Below the pieces are notes generated by a model. The model did not search any database, was not told where the DNA came from, and was given only the letters and a program-made list of their open reading frames with translations. 33,292 nucleotides of DNA. It comes from an uncultured Lachnospiraceae bacterium. Its GTDB lineage: Bacteria > Bacillota > Clostridia > Lachnospirales > Lachnospiraceae. Location: assembly GCA_937901625.1 (NCBI GenBank), contig CALDIE010000165.1, forward strand, positions 1-33,292, read 5' to 3'. This document shows, one piece after another, positions 17,370-26,258 of this stretch. Position 1 is the stretch's first letter; every line of letters begins with the position of its first letter. Made by a program: the position numbers and the translations under genes.

Positions 17370-19115
17370 ATGATAAAGATTCTGAAAAAGATGAATTTAC
17401 TCTTAGACAGAAAGCAGAAGGGCTTTATGGTTCTTCTGGTTTTTCTGATGCTGATCGGAGCAATGCTGGAAACGGCAAGTATCTCCATCATCATCCCGGT
17501 GATCACCGTGGTGATGGATCCGGAATCGGTAACGAACAATCATTATGTGGCAGCAGTTTATAACTCGCTTCATATGGACTCTCCAAGAACGTTTACGATC
17601 GTGGTGATGTTAGCCATGATCGCAGCGTTTGTCTTAAAGAATGTCTTTCTGTTCTTTCAGCAAAAACTGTTATATTCTTTTGTATATACCAACCAGTTCA
17701 GGACTTCGGAGAGGATGATGAAGAATTACATCCGCCGGGATTATGAGTATTTTCTGAATGCGGATACGGCGGTCATCCAGAGAAGCATCACATCGGATGT
17801 AAACAATATGTACGGTCTGATCCTCTCCTTATTACAGTTAGTTTCCGAGGTGATCGTATTCCTGTGCCTGGCGGTGGTCCTGCTGGTGGCGGATCCTCTG
17901 ATGACGATCATTATTTCCGCGCTTCTTTTGGTGACTCTTCTGCTGATCAAAATATGGTTGAAGCCCATCATGCACAAATCCGGTGAGGACAACCAAAACT
18001 TCTACAGCGGTCTGTTTAAGTGGATCAGCCAGACGGTGACAGGCATCAAGGATGTCAAGATCAGCGGAAGAGAACAGTATTTCGTGGATGAATATATCAA
18101 GTGCGGAAAAGGGTATGTGGGAGCTGTGCAAAAATATACCCTCTATAACAACATCCCCAGACTGCTGATCGAAACGGTCTGTGTATCGGGCATGGTGCTT
18201 TACATGCTTTATCTCGTCTTATCCGGACGCAATATGACGGAGATGATGGCGATCATCGGCGCCTTTGCGATCGCAGTGGTCCGCCTGATGCCAAGCGCCA
18301 ACCGTATCAACAACCAGATCAATAATATCGCTTACTTTGAACCTTTCTTTATGGGGGTATCGGATAACCTTCAGGATGAGATCGACACGGATCATACGGA
18401 TATGACCGATTTTTCCTCACCGGAAGAAAAGCTCCCCTTAAAGAAAGAGATCACGATGGAGAATATCACGTACAAGTATCCCGGGACGGATGTATTTATC
18501 TTTGACCACGCCGCGTGCACGATCCCCGTGGGAGCCAGTGTCGGGATCGTGGGTGTATCCGGCGCCGGCAAATCGACGATCGTGGATGTGCTTTTAGGAC
18601 TGTTAAAGATGCAAAAGGGGAGTGTTAAGGCGGACGGAGCCGATGTATTCGCGCCTGAAAATTACCGCCGGTGGTTAAAGAATGTGGGCTATATCCCGCA
18701 GACGATCTTTATGCTCGATGACAGTATCAAAAAGAATGTTGCTTTCGGTATTCCCGATGAAGAGATATCGGAAGAGAGGATATGGGAAGTGCTTAAAGAG
18801 GCGCAGCTGGATGAGTTTGTAAAAGGTCTCCCCGACGGGATGGAAACGGGGATCGGAGAGAGAGGCGTTCGTCTTTCCGGGGGACAGCGTCAGAGGATCG
18901 GAATCGCGAGAGCGCTTTATGAAGATCCGGAGATGCTTATCTTAGACGAGGCGACAAGCGCGCTGGATAATGATACGGAATCGGCGATCATGGAGTCGAT
19001 CAACCGTTTTCAAGGGGAGAAGACACTTTTAATCATCGCCCACCGCCTGCAGACCATAGAAAAGTGCGACATGGTCTACCGGGTGGAAAACGGAAAGATA
19101 TCCAGAGAGCGCTGA
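17370..19115 (+). CDS. ABC transporter fused permease/ATPase, PglK/Wzk-like lipid-linked glycan flippase
   Basis: Six-TM domain plus NBD (GVSGAGKST, LSGGQRQR, ILDEATSALD, IAHRL). ET.SI..I.P after TM1, G.KD.K and RLMPSANRI are typical of the PglK-like subgroup, and the gene lies within a glycan locus. Confidence 0.8.
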   Translation: MIKILKKMNLLLDRKQKGFMVLLVFLMLIGAMLETASISIIIPVITVVMDPESVTNNHYVAAVYNSLHMDSPRTFTIVVMLAMIAAFVLKNVFLFFQQKLLYSFVYTNQFRTSERMMKNYIRRDYEYFLNADTAVIQRSITSDVNNMYGLILSLLQLVSEVIVFLCLAVVLLVADPLMTIIISALLLVTLLLIKIWLKPIMHKSGEDNQNFYSGLFKWISQTVTGIKDVKISGREQYFVDEYIKCGKGYVGAVQKYTLYNNIPRLLIETVCVSGMVLYMLYLVLSGRNMTEMMAIIGAFAIAVVRLMPSANRINNQINNIAYFEPFFMGVSDNLQDEIDTDHTDMTDFSSPEEKLPLKKEITMENITYKYPGTDVFIFDHAACTIPVGASVGIVGVSGAGKSTIVDVLLGLLKMQKGSVKADGADVFAPENYRRWLKNVGYIPQTIFMLDDSIKKNVAFGIPDEEISEERIWEVLKEAQLDEFVKGLPDGMETGIGERGVRLSGGQRQRIGIARALYEDPEMLILDEATSALDNDTESAIMESINRFQGEKTLLIIAHRLQTIEKCDMVYRVENGKISRER

Positions 19116-19128
19116 GGGAGTTTGAAAC

Positions 19129-20535
19129 ATGGTCTTTGCCAGTAATATATTTTTGTTTTTCTTTTTGCCGCTTCTGCTCTTTTTATACTATCTTCCGTTT
19201 CGAAAGAACAGGACGGCGCAGAATCTCTGCCTTCTTTTGGGAAGCCTGGGATTCTATGCCTACGGGGAGCATCGCTATATCCTCCTTTTGCTGTTTTCGA
19301 TCACCTGCAATTATCTCTTTGGCAGATGGATCGAGGAAAAGCGGCATATGGCGGGAAGGATACTGCTTGCCGGAACGATTGTAAATTTTGCTGTTTTGTT
19401 CGTCTTTAAATATCTGGATTTTACCATTTCCGTTTTTAACCGGATCCCCGGTGTGGAGATGAAAGCCGTTGGGCTGGCTCTCCCGATCGGAATCTCCTTT
19501 TTTACCTTTCAGGCACAGTCCTATCTTGTGGATGTTTACAGAGGAAAAGCCCGGGCGCAAAAGAATCCGATGTATGTCGGATTGTATATCGCTCTGTTTC
19601 CGCAACTGATCGCCGGACCGATCGTGCGCTATGAGTCGATCGCTTCGCAGATGACGGAGAGGAAGGAGAGTCCGGAACTGTTTTCGGACGGCGTTGAGCG
19701 ATTTTTGATCGGTCTGGCCAAAAAGGTGCTTTTGGCGGATACGATGAGCGTCTTTGCGGACAGGATCCTGACGAGGGTGGCTGCCGGAGACAGGATAAGT
19801 GCCGGCATGGCGTGGCTTGGCTCTATTGCGTATACGCTTCGGATCTACTATGACTTTTCCGGATACTCTGATATGGCGATCGGACTGGGAAAGATGTTCG
19901 GATTTGAATTTGAGGAAAACTTTGACCATCCGTATATCTCCTCCTCCGTTACGGAATTCTGGCGCAGATGGCATATTTCCTTAAGCAGCTGGTTTCGGGA
20001 TTATGTATATATTCCCCTGGGTGGAAGCCGCTGCTCTTCGTGGAAGATCTTTCGGAATCTTTTGATCGTCTGGCTCTTAACCGGGATCTGGCACGGCGCC
20101 GGCTGGAATTTTATCTTCTGGGGGCTGTGGTACTTTGTAATACTGAGCGCGGAACGGCTTTTAAAGATCGGCAGAGAGAAAAAAAGCCTGCCGGTGGCCG
20201 GACATCTCTATACCCTCTTCGCGGTGGTGATCGGGTGGACACTGTTTATGGCTCCCGATATGTCCGTGGCGGGGCGATACTTCTCCATGATGTTCGGGCT
20301 TGCGTCCGGAAAGATCCACCCTTCCTATACGGATGCGGGAGCGTGGTTTATCCTGAAGGATAATCTCCCCTTCTTTCTGGCTGCGGGTCTCTTTTGCCTT
20401 CCCGTCCGAAAAAAGATTTCGGAATATACGATCGGAAGGAAGCTTGTGGCCGTGGCATTGCTTATGTTGTTTGCGCTTTCCCTGATCTATATCATCAAGG
20501 GAAATTATTCACCGTTTATTTATTTCAATTTCTGA
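19129..20535 (+). CDS. MBOAT family O-acyltransferase (AlgI/PatA/DltB-like)
   Basis: MVFAS..FLF.FLP, LPIGISFFTFQ, FPQLIAGPIVRY, DFSGYSDMAIG, FWRRWHISLSSWFRDYVYIPLGG, GIWHGA, PFIYFNF. Confidence 0.95.
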   Translation: MVFASNIFLFFFLPLLLFLYYLPFRKNRTAQNLCLLLGSLGFYAYGEHRYILLLLFSITCNYLFGRWIEEKRHMAGRILLAGTIVNFAVLFVFKYLDFTISVFNRIPGVEMKAVGLALPIGISFFTFQAQSYLVDVYRGKARAQKNPMYVGLYIALFPQLIAGPIVRYESIASQMTERKESPELFSDGVERFLIGLAKKVLLADTMSVFADRILTRVAAGDRISAGMAWLGSIAYTLRIYYDFSGYSDMAIGLGKMFGFEFEENFDHPYISSSVTEFWRRWHISLSSWFRDYVYIPLGGSRCSSWKIFRNLLIVWLLTGIWHGAGWNFIFWGLWYFVILSAERLLKIGREKKSLPVAGHLYTLFAVVIGWTLFMAPDMSVAGRYFSMMFGLASGKIHPSYTDAGAWFILKDNLPFFLAAGLFCLPVRKKISEYTIGRKLVAVALLMLFALSLIYIIKGNYSPFIYFNF

Positions 20536-20613
20536 TCAGAAAGTATTTCCGATCAGAGAGTATTTCCGATCAGAAAATTTTCCTGACAGGTGAATTTTTT
20601 TGACTGAGAAATT
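20529..20613 (+). repeat. Degenerate 17-bp tandem repeat (5 units) of a quasi-palindrome filling the MBOAT-DHHW spacer
   Basis: TTTCTGATCAGAAAGTA / TTTCCGATCAGAGAGTA / TTTCCGATCAGAAAATT / TTCCTGACAGGTGAATT / TTTTTGACTGAGAAATT. Confidence 0.85.
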
Positions 20614-20615
20614 TT

Positions 20616-21866
20616 ATGGCACGGAAAGGCTGCAGAATGAAATTTGAGGAAAAATTGAATCGAATACGGTATAATGAAAAGCGGGTGCTTGCCGGTCTGT
20701 TTTTGGTGATCCTTTTTTCCCTGACGGCGGTAAATGCGGTTGAGTTTCTTCTGGGAAACGAAGAGGACGGACGACGGCTGGGACTGGAGAGGCTGGGGAC
20801 GGTGGAAGATACTGCGATCAATGCCTGGGGCGCAGTCCAATGTATCCTTTCAAAACGTGTGGCATATGGCAATACGGTCTATGAGGATGTAACACTTTTA
20901 GACAACGGATATGCCACGATGGCCGATCAGGCGGAGAGTATCGAGGCAGCGAAAGAAGGAAGCGCGAGGGCATACGCGCTGGCGCGGGAGATCGGCGCGG
21001 ACTTTTTGTATGTCCAGGCGCCGGAAAAGGAATACCGAAAAGAGGATTTACCGGAGGGAGTATACAGTTTTGCCCCGGATAAGTACGAAGCTATGATCGC
21101 TTATCTTAAAGAGAGCGGGATCCCATATCTGGATACGAGAGAGATACTTCTTAGAGAGGCCATGGCAAGAGCCGGAACGGAAGCGGATGCAGCCTTATCG
21201 GAAGGCGGATCCGCGGATGAGGAGATACCGGATGAACTATGGTATGATTATTTCTATCATACGGATCATCACTGGAATACAAGGGCTGCTTTTACGGTAT
21301 ACGGGGCTATCGCGCGGGAGTTGGAGAATCTCGGATATCCGATGAGTGTAGCGGAGGCACTTGATGAATCAAACTACATCCAAAGAAACTATGAGGATGT
21401 CTTTTTGGGAACACAGGGCAGGATGACGGGACGCTACTATGCCGGACTTGACGATTACGAATTGTGGCTTCCGGAATTTGAAACAGATCTTTCGATGACG
21501 GTACCGTCTTCGGGACTTTACAGAGAGGGAAGTTTTGAAGATGCCTTTGTATTTTACGAAAACCTGGACGGGTACAGTTTTGACCACTATGCCTACTACG
21601 CGTATCTGAACAGGGATGAAGATCATATCATTCTGGAAAACCGTTTGATCACGGACGGTCCCAGAGTGGTGATCATACGGGATTCCGAGGCGGTTCCCGT
21701 TTCGGTGTTCCTGTCATTATGCTGCAGCAGGATCGATGTGCTGGATCTGCGTTACATGAGTGGAGACGAAGATGTGGAGGGATTGATCCGCTCGCTGCAA
21801 CCGGATATTTTCCTGTATATCTTCGGGACAGGATATCTCGGGAACGAAAACGCGATGATATTTTAG
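20616..21866 (+). CDS. DHHW/AlgJ-AlgX-like SGNH-type O-acetyltransferase partner
   Basis: N-terminal TM, P.K motif, YHTDHHWN, IIRDS, LDLRY. Start could be 20637. Confidence 0.85.
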   Translation: MARKGCRMKFEEKLNRIRYNEKRVLAGLFLVILFSLTAVNAVEFLLGNEEDGRRLGLERLGTVEDTAINAWGAVQCILSKRVAYGNTVYEDVTLLDNGYATMADQAESIEAAKEGSARAYALAREIGADFLYVQAPEKEYRKEDLPEGVYSFAPDKYEAMIAYLKESGIPYLDTREILLREAMARAGTEADAALSEGGSADEEIPDELWYDYFYHTDHHWNTRAAFTVYGAIARELENLGYPMSVAEALDESNYIQRNYEDVFLGTQGRMTGRYYAGLDDYELWLPEFETDLSMTVPSSGLYREGSFEDAFVFYENLDGYSFDHYAYYAYLNRDEDHIILENRLITDGPRVVIIRDSEAVPVSVFLSLCCSRIDVLDLRYMSGDEDVEGLIRSLQPDIFLYIFGTGYLGNENAMIF

Positions 21867-21891
21867 ACAAGAAAGTTAAGGAGGAATTTAC

Positions 21892-23238
21892 ATGGCTTAT
21901 CATTCAACCATTATGGAGTATGCGGAAAAGTTAGCGGGGAAATGTATTGAGAACGATACCATATCGGATGATCTCTTTGCCAAATACGGCGTCAATCGAG
22001 GACTCAGGGACGTAAACGGAAAGGGTGTACTGACCGGACTTACCAACATATCCAAAATCGTTTCTTTCAAAGACGAGGACGGAAAGCGGGTTCCCTGTGA
22101 CGGTGAACTCTGGTATCGCGGCTACAATGTGGAGGAACTTGTGAAGGCCTATGCGGGAGAAGGGTTCGGCTTTGAGAAAACGGCTTATCTTCTGCTTTTC
22201 GGAGATCTTCCGCTTGAAGAGGAGGCAAAGGACTTTATCCGTATCCTGGCTAAGAGCAGAAGCCTTCCGACCAATTTTACCAGGGATGTCATCATGAAGG
22301 CGCCCGGAAAAGATATCATGAACAGCATGGCCAGGTCCATCTTAACATTGTCATCGTACGATCCCAAGGCTTTGTCCGGGACACTCGAAGATAACTTAAG
22401 ACAGTGCATGATGTTGACGGCTATTTTCCCCATGCTGGCGGTATACGCGTACCACGCGTACAACCATTATGAGAATCTGGAGAGCATGTATATCCACAGA
22501 CCGAATCCGAGAAAATCCACGGCAGAGAACTTTTTGATGATGCTGCGGCCGGATAAGACATATACAAAGATGGAAGCGGACGTGCTGGATGTGGCGCTTA
22601 TGCTGCATATGGAGCATGGAGGCGGTAACAACTCCACCTTTACTACCAGAGTGGTAACGTCCTCCGGTTCGGATACCTATGCGACCATTACGGCGGCCAT
22701 GTCTTCCTTAAAGGGACCCAAACACGGCGGCGCAAATATCAAGGTTATGGAAATGATGGATGATATCCGTGAAAACGTTAAGGATCACAGGGACGAGGAT
22801 GAGATCCGCGCGTACTTAACCCGGATATTAAGAGGCGAGGCCTTTGACCACAAGGGACTGATCTACGGTATGGGCCATGCGGTTTATTCCGTATCCGATC
22901 CGAGAGAGCGGATCTTTAAGGGATATGTGGAGAAGCTAGCGGTTGAGAAAAACTGCGAAGAGGATCTGGCGCTCTATTCGGCAATAGAAAAGATCGCGCC
23001 GGAGGTGATCGCCGGCGATCGCCATATCTACAAGGGTGTCAGCCCGAATGTAGACTTTTACAGCGGATTTGTTTATAATATGTTGGGGATTCCGACAGAG
23101 CTTTATACGCCGCTTTTCGCGATCGCTCGTATCGCGGGCTGGAGCGCCCACCGTCTGGAGGAGATCATCGGTGCCGGCAAGATCCTTCGCCCGGCCTACA
23201 TGAGCGTGATGAAAGAGCGCAAGATGGAGACAGAATAA
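21892..23238 (+). CDS. gltA: Citrate (or 2-methylcitrate) synthase
   Basis: LWYRGY, EHGGGNNSTFT, LKGPKHGGAN, YGMGHAVYS.SDPR, NVDFYSG, RIAGWSAH. AGGAGG RBS. Confidence 0.95.
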   Translation: MAYHSTIMEYAEKLAGKCIENDTISDDLFAKYGVNRGLRDVNGKGVLTGLTNISKIVSFKDEDGKRVPCDGELWYRGYNVEELVKAYAGEGFGFEKTAYLLLFGDLPLEEEAKDFIRILAKSRSLPTNFTRDVIMKAPGKDIMNSMARSILTLSSYDPKALSGTLEDNLRQCMMLTAIFPMLAVYAYHAYNHYENLESMYIHRPNPRKSTAENFLMMLRPDKTYTKMEADVLDVALMLHMEHGGGNNSTFTTRVVTSSGSDTYATITAAMSSLKGPKHGGANIKVMEMMDDIRENVKDHRDEDEIRAYLTRILRGEAFDHKGLIYGMGHAVYSVSDPRERIFKGYVEKLAVEKNCEEDLALYSAIEKIAPEVIAGDRHIYKGVSPNVDFYSGFVYNMLGIPTELYTPLFAIARIAGWSAHRLEEIIGAGKILRPAYMSVMKERKMETE

Positions 23239-23245
23239 GATGAGA

Positions 23246-23277
23246 GGGGCACTGTGACTCCGGTTGCAGTGCCTTTT
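23246..23277 (+). terminator. Rho-independent terminator after citrate synthase
   Basis: GGCACTGTGAC-TCCG-GTTGCAGTGCC stem (two G-U pairs) followed by TTTT. Confidence 0.7.
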
Positions 23278-23323
23278 GAGTGTTATGCCGGAGCCTTGAA
23301 AAACATCCGGCATGGAGGAGAAG

Positions 23324-24709
23324 ATGAAGATTGTGATCGTAGGCTGTGGAAAGGTAGGCTTTGCCCTTGCGCAGCAATTGAGTGAAGAAAATCATGACAT
23401 TACGATTATAGACACAAACCCGGAGAAGGTGGAGCGTGTGCTCTCCGAACTGGATATCCAGGGAGTGGAGGGAAACGGAACGACTTTTGTTACGCAAAAG
23501 GAAGCAGGCGTGGATGACTGCGATCTTCTGATCGCGGTAACCGGTTACGATGAGGTAAATCTTCTGTGCTGTCTGGTGGCAAAGAGAACCGGCGGATGCC
23601 GTACCATTGCGAGAGTGCGTAACCCCGAGTACAACGCGGAAGTACAGTATTTGACCGGAGAGATGGGGATCTCCATGGCGATCAATCCGGAGTTGGCCTG
23701 TGCGCAGAGCATCGCGGGTCTGATCGAAGTACCCGGAGCGTTGGATCTGATGTCCTTTGCAAAGGGACGTGTCAGTCTGATCAAGCTCCCTCTTCCCGTG
23801 GATTCTCCCATCCATAAGATGCCGGTCTCTGAATTTGCCGCAAAGATCAAGCACAATGTCTTAATCTGCGCGCTGGAGAGAAGAAAAAAAGAAGAGAGCA
23901 GCGAGCGGACGGTTTCCGAAGTCATCATCCCTTCCGGTAACACGGAACTGCAGGGCGGTGATAATATGTATATCATCGTACCGCCCAAGGAAATCCATGA
24001 TGTTTTGAAAGCCATCGGTATAAAGTCAAAACCGATCCGATCCGTGATGATCACCGGCGGCGGTATGATCGCTTATTATCTGGCGAAGTATTTGGTGGCG
24101 GACTCTGTCAATGTAAAAATACTTGAGCAGGATATGGAGCGATGCGAGTTTCTTTCCGCGGAGCTGCCGGATTGTAATGTCATTCACGGAAACGCTTCGG
24201 AGAGAAGGCTTCTTTTGGAGGAAGGGATTCAGGAGCAGGAGGCTTTTGTGGCGTTGACGGGACTGGATGAGGAAAATCTTGTATTAAGTCTTTTTGCCAA
24301 TAAAGTCAGCGAAGCCAAGTTAGTGACCAAGATCAATAAAGTATCCTTTGAGGAAGTGATCCGGGAACTTCCCATCGGTACGGTCGTCAGTCCTCAGGAG
24401 ATTACGGCCAAGTCCATTCTGCAATATGTGCGCGCGATGGAAAATTCCTTCGGAAGTAATGTCGAGACACTTTACCGGATGCTCGACAATAAGGTGGAGG
24501 CGTTGGAGTTTATCATCCGACAGGAATCGGAGGTGACCGATACCCCGTTAATGGAGTTAAAATTAAAGCCCCAGCTCTTAATCTGCGCGATCGTACGTAG
24601 AGGAAAGATCATTACTCCCGGCGGTCGGGATATGATCTTAAACGGTGACACGGTTATCGTGGTTACCACCAACAAAGGGCTGCGGGATATCAAGGATATC
24701 CTGCGCTGA
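23324..24709 (+). CDS. trkA: Trk potassium uptake system NAD-binding subunit
   Basis: MKIVIVGCGKVG and second RCK motif ITGGGMIA; two TrkA_N/TrkA_C repeats. GGAGG RBS favours ATG 23324 over 23312. Confidence 0.93.
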   Translation: MKIVIVGCGKVGFALAQQLSEENHDITIIDTNPEKVERVLSELDIQGVEGNGTTFVTQKEAGVDDCDLLIAVTGYDEVNLLCCLVAKRTGGCRTIARVRNPEYNAEVQYLTGEMGISMAINPELACAQSIAGLIEVPGALDLMSFAKGRVSLIKLPLPVDSPIHKMPVSEFAAKIKHNVLICALERRKKEESSERTVSEVIIPSGNTELQGGDNMYIIVPPKEIHDVLKAIGIKSKPIRSVMITGGGMIAYYLAKYLVADSVNVKILEQDMERCEFLSAELPDCNVIHGNASERRLLLEEGIQEQEAFVALTGLDEENLVLSLFANKVSEAKLVTKINKVSFEEVIRELPIGTVVSPQEITAKSILQYVRAMENSFGSNVETLYRMLDNKVEALEFIIRQESEVTDTPLMELKLKPQLLICAIVRRGKIITPGGRDMILNGDTVIVVTTNKGLRDIKDILR

Positions 24710-24775
24710 TACCTAAAACGTCCGAAAGGAAGCATGCTTTTGTGATCCATCACGGACGGAAACGGAAGGACAGTT

Positions 24776-26221
24776 ATGAACTATAAGATGATCTTCTATT
24801 TTATCGGATACGTCCTGCTTACGGTGGCAGTTTTGATGCTGTTTCCGCTGTTGGTGGCGGTTTGGTACCGGGAACCGTCCGGGATCATTTTTCTCTATTG
24901 CAGCGTGGCGATCGCCTGCATAGGAGGACTATTGACCAGGATGAAACCGGAAAACAGCGCTTTCTATGCCAAGGACAGTTTTGTTGTGACGGCTCTTAGC
25001 TGGATCGTTATGTCTGTGGCGGGGAGTCTGCCTTTTTATTTCAGCTCTGCCATTCCACGTTTTACGGACGCGTTGTTTGAGTGCGTATCCGGATTTACGA
25101 CAACGGGAGCGTCTATCCTTCCGGAGGTGGAATGTCTTCCCAATTGTATGAACTTTTGGCGTTGTCTTACCCAGCTGATCGGCGGTATGGGTGTAATCGT
25201 CTTTATGCTGGCGTTGATCCCCAGCACCGGAGGGCAGGATCTGTATCTGATGAAAGCCGAGAGCCCGGGAGTAAATGTCGGGAAACTGGTGCCGAAGGTT
25301 AAAAAGACAGCGTTTTATCTGTATACGATCTACTTTGCCCTGACTTCTCTTATGATCGTTGGCATGGTGATCGCGGGAGCGCCTGTATTCGATTCGATCT
25401 GTACGTCCTTTACTACGACCAGTACAGGAGGTTTCGGTATACGGAATACTTCCCTTGGCGCTTACCCTGTCGCCGTACAATACGTGGTTGCGGTATTTCT
25501 GTTTTTCTCGGGTATCAATTACAGTTTCTATTTCTACCTTGCGATCAGACGGTTTAAGGACGCGTTTAAGATGGAGGAGTTTTTACTCTACTCCCTGATC
25601 TTCTGGGGCGCGGTGATCGTCATTCTTCTTACCCTGACAAAAATAGGCGGATATGGTATGGAGGAGGGCTTCCGCGCGGCCTTTTTGCAGGTGGGATCCA
25701 TTATGACGACGGCCGGTTTCTCTTCCGTGGATTTTGATCAGTGGCCGTCGTTGGCGAAGACGATCCTGGTGATGTTAATGTTTGCCGGAGGTTGTGCCGG
25801 AAGCACCTGCGGCGGTATCAAGATTTCCAGACTTGGTATCTACATGAAGACCGTTCGCAAAGAGATACGTCAGCTCTGTCATCCGAGAATGGTAAAAGTC
25901 ATTAAGGTGGACGGAAAACCGCTTCCGCACAATCACCTGCGTTCCGCCAACATCTTTTTGATCTCGTATCTTTTTATCTTTGTGATATCGCTCCTGCTTG
26001 TGAGTGTGGACAATTATGATTTTACGACCAACTTTACGGCGGTGGCTTCGGCACTCGGAAACATCGGTCCCGGCCTGTCCATGGTAGGCCCGACGAAAAA
26101 CTTCGCCCTGTATTCCGATTTTTCCAAGATCGTGCTTATGTTTGATATGATCGCGGGAAGACTGGAGATCTTCCCGCTGCTCGTGCTGTTCTCGCCGGTG
26201 ACATGGAAGAAAAACAGTTGA
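24776..26221 (+). CDS. trkH: Trk potassium uptake system membrane subunit
   Basis: FECVSGFTTTGAS, GGMG, STGGF, TTAGF, GSTCGGIK, LGNIGPGL, GRLEIFP. Confidence 0.95.
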   Translation: MNYKMIFYFIGYVLLTVAVLMLFPLLVAVWYREPSGIIFLYCSVAIACIGGLLTRMKPENSAFYAKDSFVVTALSWIVMSVAGSLPFYFSSAIPRFTDALFECVSGFTTTGASILPEVECLPNCMNFWRCLTQLIGGMGVIVFMLALIPSTGGQDLYLMKAESPGVNVGKLVPKVKKTAFYLYTIYFALTSLMIVGMVIAGAPVFDSICTSFTTTSTGGFGIRNTSLGAYPVAVQYVVAVFLFFSGINYSFYFYLAIRRFKDAFKMEEFLLYSLIFWGAVIVILLTLTKIGGYGMEEGFRAAFLQVGSIMTTAGFSSVDFDQWPSLAKTILVMLMFAGGCAGSTCGGIKISRLGIYMKTVRKEIRQLCHPRMVKVIKVDGKPLPHNHLRSANIFLISYLFIFVISLLLVSVDNYDFTTNFTAVASALGNIGPGLSMVGPTKNFALYSDFSKIVLMFDMIAGRLEIFPLLVLFSPVTWKKNS

Positions 26222-26258
26222 TGAAAGATTCGTGCTGTACACAGCGGAAAGGAAGGAT

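Noticed and set aside
20529..20613. Mini CRISPR array
   Set aside because: Units are contiguous 17-mers with no unique spacers, and there are no cas genes.
23239..23323. c-di-AMP (ydaO) riboswitch upstream of trkA
   Set aside because: The spacer is too short and lacks the consensus elements.
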